Shown here one piece after another: positions 61,836 to 64,000 of a stretch of 64,000 nt of DNA. The first letter of the stretch is position 1. Each line of letters starts with the position of its first letter. Source of the stretch: Callorhinchus milii. Taxonomy: Eukaryota. The stretch is from assembly GCF_018977255.1 (NCBI RefSeq), contig NW_024704743.1, positions 46,626,001-46,690,000 of the forward strand, given 5' to 3'. The notes below the pieces were generated by a model. That model worked only from the letters and a program-made list of their open reading frames with translations, ran no database searches and was not told where the DNA came from. Position numbers and translations under genes: made by a program.

Positions 61836-63449
61836 AATATTTTTTTTAAAAATTAACTTTTATAGCATGGTTGAAACGAAACGAGCGGAGGGGAGAATAC
61901 AGTTCAATCCAGCTTGGGCAGTGTTAAAATATGCCTCACACACTATCATTGTACCATACGGCTCCATCCCAGATTCAGTCACTGGTTGGTGGGGATATGC
62001 GTTGTATACCAGTATTAATATTGCAGAAGGAATATAGATTCGGTCAAAGTGATAAAAGGCCAATTACTATAGATTTATTCGGGGAGTACAGTATTTTCTT
62101 AGTTTATTTGTATTTTGAACAAGGTCCAGCAACGATAAAGCGATTCACAATGAGTACCAAAGTAGACAAAGAAAAAAAGAAAAAAATCAAAAATACTTTT
62201 TTCAACATTTTGGACCTTAATAAAAATAAATAATAATCCTTGTATATGATACAGCACCTTATCATGTCATTGAGACTTCTCAAAGCACTTCACGGAATAT
62301 ATTGTAAACTGAATTGACAGTGTATTTGTCGGCGAAATATCTTCACAATCTAACATAGCAGTGAATCAGCCAGCAGGTCTGCAGAAGCTGCAGTCCTCCC
62401 ATCAGTGCAGCAACAGTGTGAGTGGCTCAGCCAGGGTTAGAGAATGGAATTGGTTCCCAAGGGTAGGGTGAAAGGGAATGTTCATGAACCTGGCCTCCTG
62501 CCTAGACACCTTCAATGTTATTCAGGATAGAGAACCAGAGACTCATAATTTCTCCTAGTCTAAGCCTAAAGACCATTGTCTTAAAGTCTAAGATTATAAT
62601 GATTATCAATTTAATTTGGGAGCTGGGCTTCTGTAGATATTTATAAAAAGTAGGTAAAAAGAATCCAACTTAAGAGTGGAATTAAAGGATTTTGTAAAAT
62701 TAAGTACAATCTTAAACAATCATCTTAAGGCTAAGACCAGGAGAAATTCTGGGTCTGAGGCATATAGGAATTTAGTTGTGAATATGCCTTTCTTTTGCAG
62801 TCTGATATTAGAGTATAATCATTCAGTAACTCCTAAATCACAGCTTTAAGTTATGTATTCATAGCAGTTACATGCAGTGATGATGTAATTATTATTAATA
62901 GAGTACTGTAAAAAAAGGCTGAAAATGTTGGTGATCAAAAATAAATATGACAAAGCAACAGTTAAAAATAAAGATTTTAAAAATAAAGCCATTCAACACT
63001 ATAGAGGTTATTATTTACTTGTAGGTAAATTGACCACAGTGCATTATTCAATACTCGTCGGAAACATTATTGACCTTTGGTGATGTGTGCTTACAATGGA
63101 TACTGTGGCAAAGGTCAATATATATGTTGATAAGAGTAGAATAATTTACCAAAAGACCACGGCCTCTGCAGTATGTATGAGTGAATTCTAAAATACTTAT
63201 AATGAAATCCAGTCTATTGGTTACAGCAGTATAATGTCCCATTGATATTTCAGGTTAGTTTAACGCTTATACCTGCTTTGGAACAATGCACACTGATATC
63301 ATCAAGTTGGACTCGAGCAAAGTAGAGCTCAGAAAATTCATAATTGCACTTATGTTTCAGTGTTTATGAAGTGCCAGTACCACTGTGGGCTCTTTACTAA
63401 GCTCTATTAATGCCTCTATTGTCAATTAGATTCAATGTATCTCCATTGT

Positions 63450-63810
63450 GAAGTGCTGTAGGTCAGTGGTTAGAGCACTTGCCTCGCAAGCGAGAGACCT
63501 GCGTTCGCTTCCCAGCAGGGTGAAATGTTGGGCAAGTTTCCTTACTCCACATGCCTCTGTTTACCTCATAGTAAGTAGGAATCCAGTTGTTAGTCGCTTT
63601 TCCGGGGGTAATAATCCATTAAAAAATAATAATTTGATCACTCAATGTATGACTGAGATTGAGTGGGACACTGCTGTGTGCAATTGACTGCCACATTTTG
63701 CCCACAAAATATAAAGTCAATTCACTTTACGGTATATTCTGTGAAGCACTTTGAGGCATCTTGAAAACATAACAAGGCGCTATATCAAATGCAAGTATTA
63801 TTATTATTAT
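63450..63810 (+). mobile_element. Young tRNA-headed SINE, full length
   Basis: ctgtaggtcagtggttagagcacttgcctcgcaagcgagagacc...ttgggcaagtttccttactccacatgcctctgtttacc...gcaagtattattattatt. Confidence 0.9.
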
Positions 63811-64000
63811 AAACATTATAAATTTTAAATTGAATGGTTTGCTTGACAATGTCTGCAGGTACACTGCAGCTTATCCAAAGTTAGAGCTGGTTTCATATTG
63901 TTTTTGTACTTTTAAGTCAATTTGCAGAATTGATGTTGATTCACTCTAAATCGTCCAAATGAAAGTGTGTTCATGTTTTGCCACATTAGAGCACTCCAAA

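Overview
Eukaryotic (vertebrate) genomic DNA; no prokaryotic operon, CRISPR array, rRNA or true tRNA gene is visible. The repeat content (L2 and CR1 LINEs, Deu-domain-type SINEs and a younger tRNA-Ala/Val-headed SINE) suggests a cartilaginous fish, possibly a holocephalan; this is inference. The only host gene I can support is the 3' part of RBMS3 on the + strand. It has three coding exons (24238-24348, 30888-30968, 32629-32756) and a terminal exon starting at 36710 with a ~6.2 kb 3' UTR ending near AATAAA at 42928. Positions 1-24237 appear to be one long intron and ~43000-64000 is downstream intergenic DNA. Most ORFs in the supplied track are LINE fragments, their shadow frames, or noise. The most notable observations are: a partial duplicate of the start of the terminal exon inside the last intron, behind its own splice acceptor; a modular SINE/LINE system in which two SINE families share one L2-derived stem-loop tail; several nested antisense insertions; an 18-bp perfect hairpin just upstream of an exon; a (GGGA)3GGG G-quadruplex motif in the 3' UTR; fossil transposon-like coding blocks; and a signal-peptide-like candidate first exon at 60611-60707. 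Repeat boundaries were estimated by eye and are approximate.
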